DNA of 64,000 nucleotides from Coraliomargarita sp. (GCA_965216325.1 OZ244160.1:76813-140812), one strand, 5' to 3'; shown: positions 45,459-61,515, counted from the stretch's first letter. The notes: a model not told the origin generated them from the sequence alone. A program made the numbers and translations.

Positions 45459-47686
45459 TTATTCAGCGCAGCAAGCACTTCGTCGATCGACTTTGCCGAC
45501 TTGATGCGCTCGCGTGAACGCTCTGCGCGGCAGTTGCGGGCGATATCTGCCAGAGTGGCTAGATGGCCATCGCTGTCGCCTTCGGGGCTAATTAAGAAGA
45601 AAACGAACTCAATGTCTTCGTCTTGCCCTGGGATATCGATACCTTTGGACAGATGGGCGACGAAGCAAACGCGTTGGTCCAAGTCTTTGCAGTAAATATG
45701 TGGAATTGCGATGCCGTGCCCCAGAAAGGCGGGGAAGACTTTGCTCTGATCGCCAAGTTTATCGAGCACGAGCTCCGTTGAGATGTCTTCAATACGTGTG
45801 GATGCCGCTTCAGCGAGGTCTTGGTAGAGGTATTCAATACTATCGCTGCGGAGTTGCAGGAAGTCTCCACTTTGCACAGCTCGGCGCAGGAAGCCCTCTG
45901 AGCGGCGAAGGCAGATTACCAAATCATCCGGTTTCGCCATTTCTTTGAGTGCACTGTCTTGCGGCACTGCTTTGAGCTGTTTGCCACGAAGAATGTAGAG
46001 TGGGTGCCAGTCGCCAGAGGGGAGAGTCGTGCCTTCCTCCCATGTGACTGTTTCAAAGCTGCTCTCACCTTGTAGGAGCTCACCACCAATAACTGCGGGG
46101 CGTGATAGATCACCGAATACAGCTTGTCCGGTTAATTGGTCTTCTTTGGTTGAGCTGTCGCTTGGTACCCAGCCAAAGACTTTTTCGGTGTCGAGCACTT
46201 CGCCCCAACGTTGCATTAGTAGTTGATTCAATTCGACATTATCGGTAAGCGCGAGCGCGTAGCCTGCGCCATAGAGTGCTTCCTCGTCTTCGTAGAGTTC
46301 TTCCGCCTCCATGCCGTCTCGGTGATAGGCTTCCAGACCTTCTTTCCGGGCGATGGCAATATTGCGCGCGTTGCTATCGAGTAGGATAACTTTTTGGTCT
46401 TCGTATTTGGTTAACTGCGTTGCGAGTTCGCGACCAAAATAGTGGGCACCAATAATGACCCACTCGTTGGGTGCGGGGCGTTGCAGTCCGAGCAACTTGG
46501 CCACAAGACCTGCCGACATGCCTTGAATTAGAACGGTTGCGCAGATCACCGAGAATACGAACGATTCGATTAAGGCGGGATCACCTATTGGGTTGGGCTT
46601 GCTGGAGAGTGTCAACGCAAACAAAGAGGCCATCGACGCTGCAACCACTCCGCGTGGTGCCACCCAGCTTAAGAGAGCTTTTTCGCGTAGGTTGAGTGAG
46701 GTGCCCCAGGCGGAGAGCATGACGCTCAGGGGGCGAATGATGAGAATTACTGAAAGCAGGATCCAGCCACCGCCGATCTCAAAGAAATCGATGAACTGGT
46801 CAAAGCGCAGGCGCGAAACCAAGAGCAAAAATAGCATCCCAATCATCAGGTCGACGATCTCGGCTTTGAAGGCTTTCACTTCGCGTAACTGTCGTGGTTT
46901 CTTTAAGCCTACAATGAGGCCTGCAATCGTCACAGAGAGCAGGCCGGCTTCTGGTTTTACGAGTTCGGTTGCGCCAAAGATCAGCATCGCACTGGCGACC
47001 GAGAAGGCATTGACAATACTGTCCGGCACCCAGCCATGCTTCATCATCCAATAGATGCCATAGCCACCGAAGGTTCCGATCCCCACACCGCTGATAACTC
47101 GGATCAAAAAGTTTGGAAGTGCCACCGTGCCGCCGCCTTCGACCACCCACTCAAAGCACAAGATCGCAATGAAAACACCAATGGAGTCAATCAACACGCC
47201 TTCCCAATGTAAAATACTGCAGAGCTTCTGGTGCGTGCGAATCCTGCGCAGCATTGGCACGATCACGGTGGGGCCGGTTACGATCACCAGACTGCCCATC
47301 AGCAGTGCAAAGGAGGGGGTGGTATCAAATACTAAGTAGGCGCTGAGTGCTGCGCCAAGCCACGTCACGATGACACCTACCGTTAGCAGGCGTTTAATCA
47401 CCGGTGAGGTGTGTGAGAATTCTTTTAGGTCGAGTGTCAGACCACCTTCAAAGAGAATCAGCCCAATCGCCAGTGAAACGATCATCGGCAGTGTGTTGCC
47501 GAGTGCATCGGGATTGAGTAGGCCCAAGCCCTCTGGTCCGAGCGCAAATCCTCCTAGTAGTAGCAGCACAATCGTCGGTAGATGTGCTTTGCGTGAGAGC
47601 ACAGTCAGTAGACATCCGGCACCGATTGCCAGACAGAGAGCCCAGAGGGGTTCCTGACCGTGTGCTGCTGCAGCGAGTGGAAACAT
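45455..47686 (-). CDS. Cation:proton antiporter (NhaP-like) + RCK/TrkA-N + PTS EIIA domain fusion
   Basis: LILFEGGL, TGPTVI, EGVLID, APRGVVAA; IIGAHYFG; C-terminal FLGHGIAIPH. Confidence 0.9.
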   Translation of the reverse strand: MFPLAAAAHGQEPLWALCLAIGAGCLLTVLSRKAHLPTIVLLLLGGFALGPEGLGLLNPDALGNTLPMIVSLAIGLILFEGGLTLDLKEFSHTSPVIKRLLTVGVIVTWLGAALSAYLVFDTTPSFALLMGSLVIVTGPTVIVPMLRRIRTHQKLCSILHWEGVLIDSIGVFIAILCFEWVVEGGGTVALPNFLIRVISGVGIGTFGGYGIYWMMKHGWVPDSIVNAFSVASAMLIFGATELVKPEAGLLSVTIAGLIVGLKKPRQLREVKAFKAEIVDLMIGMLFLLLVSRLRFDQFIDFFEIGGGWILLSVILIIRPLSVMLSAWGTSLNLREKALLSWVAPRGVVAASMASLFALTLSSKPNPIGDPALIESFVFSVICATVLIQGMSAGLVAKLLGLQRPAPNEWVIIGAHYFGRELATQLTKYEDQKVILLDSNARNIAIARKEGLEAYHRDGMEAEELYEDEEALYGAGYALALTDNVELNQLLMQRWGEVLDTEKVFGWVPSDSSTKEDQLTGQAVFGDLSRPAVIGGELLQGESSFETVTWEEGTTLPSGDWHPLYILRGKQLKAVPQDSALKEMAKPDDLVICLRRSEGFLRRAVQSGDFLQLRSDSIEYLYQDLAEAASTRIEDISTELVLDKLGDQSKVFPAFLGHGIAIPHIYCKDLDQRVCFVAHLSKGIDIPGQDEDIEFVFFLISPEGDSDGHLATLADIARNCRAERSRERIKSAKSIDEVLAALNN

Positions 47687-47760
47687 GTTGAGCTGTAAGT
47701 AGTGGTTTACTGGATACGAATCGTTGGCGTGCGTGTCGAGTGACTACGCTACGTAGCAAG

Positions 47761-48549
47761 CTATTCGTCGATTTGGTGACACATGCCCAAGGCCGGGGAG
47801 GCCTCGCTGGTCTTGCCAATTTGCTGAGCTGGCACACCGGCTACACTGGTATGCGGCGGCACATCCTTCAGCACGACGCTACCGGCTCCGACCTTGGCCC
47901 CTTCGCCAATTTCGACATTACCTAAGATCTTGGCGCCAGCGCCGAGTAGCACACCAGAGCGCACCTTCGGGTGACGGTCGCCGCGATCCTTGCCAGTTCC
48001 GCCTAATGTGACCTCATGCAGAATGGATACGTCGTGCTCGATAACCGCAGTTTCGCCAGCCACAAAGCCAGTTGCGTGGTCGAGCAGAATGCCGCAATCA
48101 ATTCGAGCTGCCGGGTGAATGTCGACAGCAAAGGTCTCGGAAATCAGGCTCTGTAAATATAGGGCGAGCTCTTTGCGGTCCTGCTTCCACATATAGTGCC
48201 CGACGCGGTAGCAGACCAGCGCTTGAAAGCCCTTGAAATAAAGTAGGGGAGTGAGCACGTCCGGGCATGCTGGGTCACGCTCTTTGACAGCATTCATGTC
48301 GCAGGCGATTTGCTGGAGGATAGTTGGGTCCATTGCAAAGGCCTCCATGAACAAGTCGTGTAGCACGTCGATCGACGTGGCGTGGTTTACCAGCTTACGG
48401 GTGATTCGGTAAGTTAATGATTCCGCAAATGAACTGCGGTCGAGCACGGTTTCGTTCAGAAGAATCTCCAGAGCAGGCTCGCGCTCAACGATGGCGCGTG
48501 CACCTTCGCGGATGGCAATCCAATAGGCCTCGATATCAATTTCCGGCAT
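47761..48549 (-). CDS. cysE: Serine O-acetyltransferase
   Basis: RDPAC, YFKGFQA, DIHPAA, TLGGTGK, RHPK. Confidence 0.95.
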   Translation of the reverse strand: MPEIDIEAYWIAIREGARAIVEREPALEILLNETVLDRSSFAESLTYRITRKLVNHATSIDVLHDLFMEAFAMDPTILQQIACDMNAVKERDPACPDVLTPLLYFKGFQALVCYRVGHYMWKQDRKELALYLQSLISETFAVDIHPAARIDCGILLDHATGFVAGETAVIEHDVSILHEVTLGGTGKDRGDRHPKVRSGVLLGAGAKILGNVEIGEGAKVGAGSVVLKDVPPHTSVAGVPAQQIGKTSEASPALGMCHQIDE

Positions 48550-48696
48550 AGTATCAGTCTCAGTCTTGGTAGTTGAATCGCCAATACTTACCAGCATCGT
48601 GTAGCTGGCAACCACGCATCCAACAAAATTTCGGTGCTCGAATCGAGCGATTTGCATTGCTGAAGCGCTTTAGTTTGCCTGCCTTTATTGGAGTAT

Positions 48697-49899
48697 ATGA
48701 GTCATTATCGCACAGTTGCCGTGATTGGAGGCGGGCCCGCAGGCTTACGTGTTGCGGAGCTGGCAGCGGCAGCCGGGCTTGAAGTCACACTTTTTGATGC
48801 CATGCCATCGGTTGGCCGCAAGTTTCTGGTAGCTGGTAAGAGTGGCTTGAATTTGACCAATGCAGCTGAGTTTGAGGCTTTTGTCGCGCAATACAATGGC
48901 ACTGGCTTTCCGTCCGCGCTTTGGCGTGAGATGTTAACTGAATTTGATAATCAAGCACTGCGCTGTTGGGCAACAGGCTTGGGGATCGACACGTTCGAGG
49001 CATCGAGCGGTAAAGTGTTTCCTGTTGAGAAGAAGGCGGCTCCGCTGCTGCGCCGCTGGGTGCTTCGATTGCGCGAGTTAGGGGTTAGTTTCAAAATGCG
49101 TCATCGTCTGCTGGCATTGAGTCCTGGGGAACCGATCGAACTTTCGTTTGAGCATGAAAGCGGCGCGAGTGCGCAGCGCTTTGATGCTGTGGTGCTTGCT
49201 TGTGGCGGTGCTTCGTGGTCGCAGACCGGATCCACCGGTGCTTGGACGCAGATACTTCAGGGCTTAGGTATTGGTGTGGTGCCCCTGACTGCAGCTAATT
49301 GTGGCTGGGAGTGTGATTGGACGGATGCGACGCGCGAACTGGCTGAGGGGCGTCCCTTGCATAATCTACACATCCGTGCAGGCGATCAACTGGCCGTGGG
49401 GGAGTTGATGGTCACACGCTATGGTTTCGAAGGCACCCCGATCTATGGACTCGGACCGGCGCTTCGTGCGATGGATGCACCTGCCATCGAGATTGACTTC
49501 AAGCCGACTTTCACCGTGGAGCGCCTGGTCCAGAAAATGGAGTCCGCACGCCGCAATTTTTATCATGAAGCGAAGCTACGGTGGAAGCTCAATGACACCG
49601 CGCGAGCGATTATCGAGCAACTTTACGGTGAATTCGATAATGCTGAGGACTTGGCTCGCATCGTGAAGGCCTGCCGGATCCCGCTCAAGGCACCACGCCC
49701 GCTCGCCGAGGCAATATCGACAGCCGGTGGAGTTGCTTGGGAGGAACTCGATGAGGCCTTGATGCTAAAACGGCTGCCGAATGTGTTTTGTGCAGGCGAG
49801 ATGATTGATTGGGAGGCGCCCACTGGCGGCTTCTTGTTGCAGGGATGTTTTGCTACTGGAACCAGAGTGGGGCAGAGGCTCGCATTACGTGCTTTTTGA
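48697..49899 (+). CDS. BaiN/HI0933-like flavoprotein
   Basis: [39 protein letters not shown]. Confidence 0.9.
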   Translation: MSHYRTVAVIGGGPAGLRVAELAAAAGLEVTLFDAMPSVGRKFLVAGKSGLNLTNAAEFEAFVAQYNGTGFPSALWREMLTEFDNQALRCWATGLGIDTFEASSGKVFPVEKKAAPLLRRWVLRLRELGVSFKMRHRLLALSPGEPIELSFEHESGASAQRFDAVVLACGGASWSQTGSTGAWTQILQGLGIGVVPLTAANCGWECDWTDATRELAEGRPLHNLHIRAGDQLAVGELMVTRYGFEGTPIYGLGPALRAMDAPAIEIDFKPTFTVERLVQKMESARRNFYHEAKLRWKLNDTARAIIEQLYGEFDNAEDLARIVKACRIPLKAPRPLAEAISTAGGVAWEELDEALMLKRLPNVFCAGEMIDWEAPTGGFLLQGCFATGTRVGQRLALRAF

Positions 49900-50140
49900 T
49901 TGCATGTAAGTAGCTGACCTTAAGCGTGTTATTGGCTAATTGAATCGCCCTTGGCGGGTTTACTAAAAGTTTGTAAATGCTGCGTCAAGGTGGCGAAATT
50001 CATTGATAAGCCACTGGTGTGTAGCGTTTAATCTAAAGTATATTAAGCGTCATTCCCCTCTTCAGCTTGGTGCTTTGTTCTTAAATAGATCTAGGTATAT
50101 TAGCCTACTTAATGTGAACCCCCAACCCCAACCCCAACAA

Positions 50141-51226
50141 ATGTCATCATTTTCGATCTTGATCGTAGATGATAGTCGAGTGGACCGCGAAATCGTTTCT
50201 TTAGCCTGTGAGTCGCTGGATTGCGACCTTGATGTTGCTAGCAATGGCAAAGATGCTCTGGAGCTTTACGCGCAAAAAGGGCATACAATTGTCCTGACCG
50301 ACTATCAAATGCAGCCTGTAAATGGAACCAAGCTGGTTTCTGAAATACGTAAAATCGATCCGGAAGCCCGGTGCATTCTGATGTCTGGCTACCCCGATGC
50401 TGAGTTGATCCGCTATCTGGATTCCGACGAGCGCACCAAGTATATCCCCAAGCCGATACGGCCTGAAAATTTGCGCGAGCGTTTACGGGTTGCGATGAAT
50501 CAGCATCGTGGTGCGACCGAAACACTCAGTGATATTGCGCTGACTAACCGAATGGACCAGTGCGTCGCGCTACTTGGCGAGAGCCCGGAGATTTGTAAGG
50601 TGCGCAAACGTCTTTCAGCGCTCATCCCACGCTCGATTCCGTTTATTCTCGAGGGACCGAATGGGGTCGGTAAGCCCGAGATCGCCGAGTTGATTCACCG
50701 CTATGGTCCCTTTGCTGAGAGCCGTTTTGTGGAGTTCGATTGTACCGGGGTCGACGAAACTCAGTTTCAGCAACAACTTATCGGTGACGATGGGCGGGAT
50801 GGCACTGTGCTTCAGAATGCTAAAGACGGGACTTTGGTTTTGCGCCATGTGGCGGATTTACCCATGACTTGTCAGGCTGTGCTAGCGACTGCCTTCAAGC
50901 GGATTTCCAAGCAAACACATTTGATCTGTATGTTAGATGAGACGCTTGATGATCTGATGGATGGGGCGCGTTTGCATGATATGCTGTATTTCGAGCTCTC
51001 ACTAGAGACCCTGCATATTCCTGCATTGAGTGAACGTCCTGTGGATGTTGAGGCGATGGTGCGCTTTGTGGCCAACAATCCGAATCGCTTCAGTTTGGAT
51101 CGCCAGCTGAGCTCGATTGAAATTGATGCTCAGGTTGCGATTTTACGCAAAACATACCTCGAGCGGAATGTGGAGGAATTGGTCGAGCGCGTGCAGGATA
51201 TGTGTGCGGTTGAGCTGACTGCCTAA
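50141..51226 (+). CDS. Response regulator with degenerate sigma54-activator AAA+ domain
   Basis: Receiver IVDD / TDYQM / PKP; LLGES, GPNGVGK, IPALSER. Confidence 0.82.
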   Translation: MSSFSILIVDDSRVDREIVSLACESLDCDLDVASNGKDALELYAQKGHTIVLTDYQMQPVNGTKLVSEIRKIDPEARCILMSGYPDAELIRYLDSDERTKYIPKPIRPENLRERLRVAMNQHRGATETLSDIALTNRMDQCVALLGESPEICKVRKRLSALIPRSIPFILEGPNGVGKPEIAELIHRYGPFAESRFVEFDCTGVDETQFQQQLIGDDGRDGTVLQNAKDGTLVLRHVADLPMTCQAVLATAFKRISKQTHLICMLDETLDDLMDGARLHDMLYFELSLETLHIPALSERPVDVEAMVRFVANNPNRFSLDRQLSSIEIDAQVAILRKTYLERNVEELVERVQDMCAVELTA

Positions 51227-51297
51227 GCAGATCTTGCACAAGTGTTTTTCCGCGAAAAGCGGCTGGACAAAACGTCTCAGGTTGCGAGCCTCTTCGG

Positions 51298-52359
<1,062 letters not shown>

Positions 52360-52376
52360 AGAGTCACAGAAGATTG

Positions 52377-52454
52377 GCCCACGAATGACACGAATCAGCA
52401 CGAATCCTTAAATACGTTTCTTAAAATTCGTGATAATTAGTGAGATTCGTGGGC
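52377..52454. repeat. Inverted periodic array (CACGAAT x3 / ATTCGTG x3)
   Basis: gcc cacgaat ga cacgaat cag cacgaat ... attcgtg ata attagtg ag attcgtg ggc. Confidence 0.85.
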
Positions 52455-52467
52455 GAAAAGCATCCTA

Positions 52468-54943
<2,476 letters not shown>

Positions 54944-54959
54944 GGCGCCAGCCGCCCTG

Positions 54960-55037
54960 ACTCCTAATCTTAATCGTAATCCTAATCTCACCTGAGCCGA
55001 AGAACGATTAAGAGTAAGATTACGATTAAGATTAAGA
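54960..55037. repeat. Inverted hexamer array (AATCNT / GATTAN)
   Basis: actcct aatctt aatcgt aatcct aatctc ... gattaa gagtaa gattac gattaa gattaa. Confidence 0.88.
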
Positions 55038-55050
55038 ACTGAAAACTACC

Positions 55051-55344
55051 ATGAGCGAACAACCACACATGGACATCGATTACGTCGCCAATCTGGCACG
55101 TCTCGAACTCTCTGACGACGAGAAGGCCAAGCTTGGCGGCCAACTTGACGATATTCTAGGCTACTTTGAAAAGCTCAACGCGGTGGACGTCGAAGGCGTC
55201 GAGCCGATGGCACACGCCCGCCCGGTCTACAATGTCTGGCGCGAAGGCGACGAAGCCGGCGCAACCTACAGCCCGGAAGTTCTTACCAAGATGGCTCCCG
55301 AACAGCGCGAAAACCAAGTCGTCGTGCCAAAGGTCGTCGAGTAG
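55051..55344 (+). CDS. gatC: Asp/Glu-tRNA amidotransferase subunit C
   Basis: YVANLARLEL, ILGYFEKL, VPKVVE. Confidence 0.95.
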   Translation: MSEQPHMDIDYVANLARLELSDDEKAKLGGQLDDILGYFEKLNAVDVEGVEPMAHARPVYNVWREGDEAGATYSPEVLTKMAPEQRENQVVVPKVVE

Positions 55345-55352
55345 AATCTCTT

Positions 55353-55424
55353 ACTCCTAATCTTAATCGTAATCCTAATCTCAAGAGAGCAGCGGACCGA
55401 TTAAGATTACGATTATGATTAAGA
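55353..55424. repeat. Second copy of the inverted hexamer array
   Basis: 55353-55383 is identical over 31 nt to 54960-54990; right arm gattaa gattac gattat gattaa. Confidence 0.88.
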
Positions 55425-55436
55425 ATTTTTGATCCC

Positions 55437-56903
<1,467 letters not shown>

Positions 56904-57001
56904 AGCCACGGATGGACGCGGATTAAACGCGGATCCTTCCATACGAATCTAATTTATAATTTCAAAAAATCATCCGTGAACATCCGCGCTTATCCGCGGC
57001 T
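56904..57001. repeat. Inverted periodic array (CRCGGAT x3 / ATCCGYG x3)
   Basis: agc cacggat gga cgcggat taaa cgcggat ... atccgtg aac atccgcg ctt atccgcg gct. Confidence 0.85.
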
Positions 57002-57026
57002 AAAAACACGTATCCAAAGCTTTTAT

Positions 57027-58493
<1,467 letters not shown>

Positions 58494-58497
<4 letters not shown>

Positions 58498-59132
58498 GCT
58501 AAAACAGGAGCAATCATTACCTTATCACCAGTTCGCACTAAAGAGAACTGGCCGATTTGTTGATGCTTTGGTTTCAGTAAGTCTCCGATAATTACAAAGG
58601 TGCTTCTTTTTGGGCTAGTGCTACCCAATAAGAATAATCCTGCGGCATCAAAGTTAGGAATGTTCAATGATTCGTTGGTCAAGGTGATGTTGCGGTTTAC
58701 CTCAATGACGAAGATGGTGCCCTGTGGTGTAGGATATGTTTCTGGTAGCTTCGATAGTTGAATATTCAGATCATTGAGTGAGTCTGCTTCGTCCTTATGT
58801 GTTGGCAGCCAATCTGATTGTGGGACGAGTTTTAGTTGCACTGTAAAGTGTTCGTCCCGTTTACCTTTTGATCTTACTTTGATTGCCGAATCATAATCAG
58901 ATTCTTCTTGATCCTTTTTGAATGGAGCAAACTCAATGATCTTCGGTGCCCAAATCATGTTCAAGCCGCATGCAAATGCAGCAGCTTGAAGGTTTTCGCG
59001 GAATGTCTTATTGTCCCTGTGTTTTAGTTTGCTAGGGGGGATGCGCTTGAGCTCCTCCTGCTGGTCCGCCCAGAATTTTGGAGGTGAGACATACTCAAGT
59101 TTCTCTAGCTGTCTTTTAAGGATAGCATCCAT
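58494..59132 (-). CDS. Hypothetical AT-rich protein, possible PD-(D/E)xK nuclease fold
   Basis: 212-aa ORF with atypical codon usage; E..SDYD...VQLK pattern. Confidence 0.6.
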
Positions 59133-59334
59133 ATGTAAGCGTCAGCTGATTTACTCTGAATGCTGAAGTCAATTAGAACTATCAGTTCATAATGCAACAT
59201 GGTGTCCCTCGCTGAAAATTTTCTCGGTGACCTTCCAGAACTTGCCTTGCTTGCGGGCGATCAGGGTCTAAAACGGGTCATTGCTCCGCCATCTACACTT
59301 CGTTCCGTCCATAATTCTTGTAACGCTATCTATA

Positions 59335-59376
59335 TGCGTCATTGACATACTTGTTGGCTTGGTGCGTTAATGACAT
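59335..59376 (+). promoter_or_regulatory. Putative TA promoter with two near-palindromic operator repeats
   Basis: tgcgtcattgacat (59335) and tgcgttaatgacat (59363); the first contains TTGACA. Confidence 0.5.
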
Positions 59377-59388
59377 CGTTTAATTTGC

Positions 59389-59457
59389 ATGCTCTTCATC
59401 GAAACACCGATTTTCACGAAGCAAGCCAGCGGTGGGCGAGGGAACGTCGAACATTGA
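59389..59457 (+). pseudogene. Truncated HigB/RelE-family toxin
   Basis: MLFIETPIFTKQ N-terminus, stop after 22 codons inside a heptamer array; lies upstream of an HTH antitoxin. Confidence 0.75.
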
Positions 59458-59480
59458 ACTCCTAACATCCAATTTTGAAT
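59442..59480. repeat. Heptamer array
   Basis: gaacgtc gaacatt gaactcc taacatc caatttt gaat. Confidence 0.65.
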
Positions 59481-59505
59481 GACTGGCTGGGAAAGGAATA
59501 AGCAC

Positions 59506-59823
59506 TTGGACGCAGAACTATTCAATGAACTTAAAGACTCGATTCGCCAGATGAAGGCGATTGAGAAGGGCGAGCTGGCCCCAGCGCGTGTGCGTGTGGT
59601 GAATCCTGAGAACGAAGTGGCGCAGGCACGTCAGCAACTTGGCCTAACGCAAGAAGCGTTTGCGAAATTACTGGATACACCCGTTGGCACGATCCGCGGT
59701 TGGGAGCAGGGGCGTCGTCAACCACCACCGAGCGCGAAGGTGTTGATGCGTGTTGCGACCAAGTATCCCGAGCAAGTATTGGAATGCGCTGAAGATCAAA
59801 GTGCCTACAATCAGAAGAGTTAG
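59506..59823 (+). CDS. HigA-like XRE/HTH antitoxin
   Basis: ELFNELKDSIRQM...ARQQLGLTQEAFAKLL...TIRGWEQGRRQP. Confidence 0.88.
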   Translation: MDAELFNELKDSIRQMKAIEKGELAPARVRVVNPENEVAQARQQLGLTQEAFAKLLDTPVGTIRGWEQGRRQPPPSAKVLMRVATKYPEQVLECAEDQSAYNQKS

Positions 59824-59836
59824 GTCTGGAATATTA

Positions 59837-59922
59837 TAACCGCCCGCTTCGCTCGAGGACGCTGAGGTCAGAGAGAAAGTTTTGAGACTTAGACTCTGCG
59901 CTCTCCGCGAACTCTGCGGTTA
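59837..59922. repeat. Inverted 9-nt-period array (CGCAGAG-type core)
   Basis: taaccgc...gacgctgag gtcagagag ... ctctgcgct ctccgcgaa ctctgcggtta. Confidence 0.75.
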
Positions 59923-60030
59923 AATACTAGTTCAGTTTGATGAATCGGTGAAAGATGAAAGGCTGAACTATAGATCATAATCATGCCAAGATTGATCGAT
60001 AAGTTTGATTTTTATCGATCATGGAATGGC

Positions 60031-60180
60031 TATGTATCGATTTCGCAGACCTCGACTGCCACAGCAACCCGTGACCTGCGCGGGCTAGTCCAGTTAGGTG
60101 CCTTGATTAAGACGGGTAAGCTAAAGGGCACTCGCTATTGGTTGAACCTTGGTAGTGCTTCATCGGTTAAGCGTGTTTAG
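60031..60180 (+). pseudogene. C-terminal wHTH remnant of a Fic-family protein
   Basis: YVSISQTSTATATRDLRGLVQLGALIKTGKLKGTRY resembles the Fic C-terminal tail; no upstream Fic domain. Confidence 0.6.
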
Positions 60181-60214
60181 TCTAAGCCATAGCTCTAAGA
60201 CTAATAATAAAAAG

Positions 60215-61515
60215 GGTTCTTCGTAAATTCCTGTGAGGAATCAGGGGTTGAGGTCTAGTTTTCCGCATTGGAACAGGATGGCGACTCTGTAGTTCTCAAA
60301 GCTCCTGAAGCCTCTGGCGTTTGCTTTGATGCTTTGGATAACACCGTTAAAGCCTTCTGTTGCCGCATTGGTGATTCGGTGTTTCAGATAGGTGATGATG
60401 TTCTCGAAGTGTTCTTTGATCATTTTGGCGACGCGTTTGACGGGGTCGAGTTTGCTGCGGCGAGCCCACCCATACCACTTGTTAAAGAACTTCCGTGCGC
60501 AGGCCGGATACGTGTAGTCCCAAAAGTGGTCGAAGGTTTCCTTGATCGCGTAGGCACGACCCACCTTCAACCCGAGCGACTGCAGCTGGTCAAAGCGAAC
60601 CTGCATCTCTTCGCTGAGGTTCTCAAAGCCCGTCAGCCAGAGATATTTACTCTTCTTGAGCGTGTCGTCGTTCTGGCTGGAGAGGACTTTGTGTTCTTGC
60701 CGACGCACCTTGTCGATTGCCTGATTCAGGTGCGCGCTGATGTGGAAGCGGTCATGCACGATGTCCGCATCGGGTAAGTGGGATTCAGCGGCCTTGATAT
60801 AGGCACGCCACATATCCATAGCGACTGCTTTGACTACCTTTAGCTGCTCTTCGGTTAGCCCCTCAAAGAGCTTGTCGCATGCCGACTCGTCGCGACCTTC
60901 GGCGACATCCAGAACCCGACTGCGATCCAGATCGGTCAACAGACTGATGTAGTTGTGTCCCTTGCGAAAACTCTTCTCATCAATGCCCAAGTAATTGACT
61001 GGCACGGCCTGTCTTCGCTCCAGCCCCCTGGCCACTGCACGACGCCTGATCTCATTTACCTGATGCCAGTTTAGCCCCATTGACTCAGCTGCGGCCTTCA
61101 CGCTCGAACAGGCCTGAAGCACGTCTATGGCAAAGGACTCGAACAGCAGAGTAAATCTTGAGCCTTTCCCTGCCCAAGGCACACGAACGGTCTTCACGCC
61201 ATGTTCCGGGCAATTGCAGCGAGGCACCTCACAGCGCAGGATCGTTTCAAACTGCATTGTGTCCAGGTGACGCCATTCACGCATCTCCCGGTCGTCATAG
61301 TGAGGGCAGACTCCTCCGCACTCAGGACACTCCAGCGACTGTGACAAGTCATAGTAAATCTCGACCACTACACGCTTAGCTCCTAAATCCAATTGCACTG
61401 CGGATACCTTCCAAGCTCCGCTCAAACCCAATAGTTGCTCGTAGTGTTCTTCCTGTGATGTCATCTCTGTCTTGAACATCTATACCGCTTCCTTCACAAG
61501 ATTTTACGAATAGCC
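60215..61515 (-). mobile_element. ISL3-family insertion sequence (about 1.3 kb)
   Basis: Imperfect terminal IRs ggttcttcgtaaattcctgtga / ggctattcgtaaaatcttgtga (18 of 22 match) flanking a transposase. Confidence 0.9.
60241..61479 (-). CDS. ISL3-family transposase
   Basis: CPECG, WRHLD, CPEHG, GIDEK, AMDMW, DRFH, TNAATEGFN. Confidence 0.95.
   Translation of the reverse strand: MFKTEMTSQEEHYEQLLGLSGAWKVSAVQLDLGAKRVVVEIYYDLSQSLECPECGGVCPHYDDREMREWRHLDTMQFETILRCEVPRCNCPEHGVKTVRVPWAGKGSRFTLLFESFAIDVLQACSSVKAAAESMGLNWHQVNEIRRRAVARGLERRQAVPVNYLGIDEKSFRKGHNYISLLTDLDRSRVLDVAEGRDESACDKLFEGLTEEQLKVVKAVAMDMWRAYIKAAESHLPDADIVHDRFHISAHLNQAIDKVRRQEHKVLSSQNDDTLKKSKYLWLTGFENLSEEMQVRFDQLQSLGLKVGRAYAIKETFDHFWDYTYPACARKFFNKWYGWARRSKLDPVKRVAKMIKEHFENIITYLKHRITNAATEGFNGVIQSIKANARGFRSFENYRVAILFQCGKLDLNP

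Noticed and set aside
49900..50140. Possible ncRNA or riboswitch in this spacer; ccccaa x3 microsatellite near 50119-50138
   Set aside because: No recognisable conserved fold or motif; the repeat is short and outside the likely CDS
59479..59505. ATG 59479 as the antitoxin start
   Set aside because: It lies at the end of the heptamer array; TTG 59506 has an upstream aagga RBS and a typical MDAELF start
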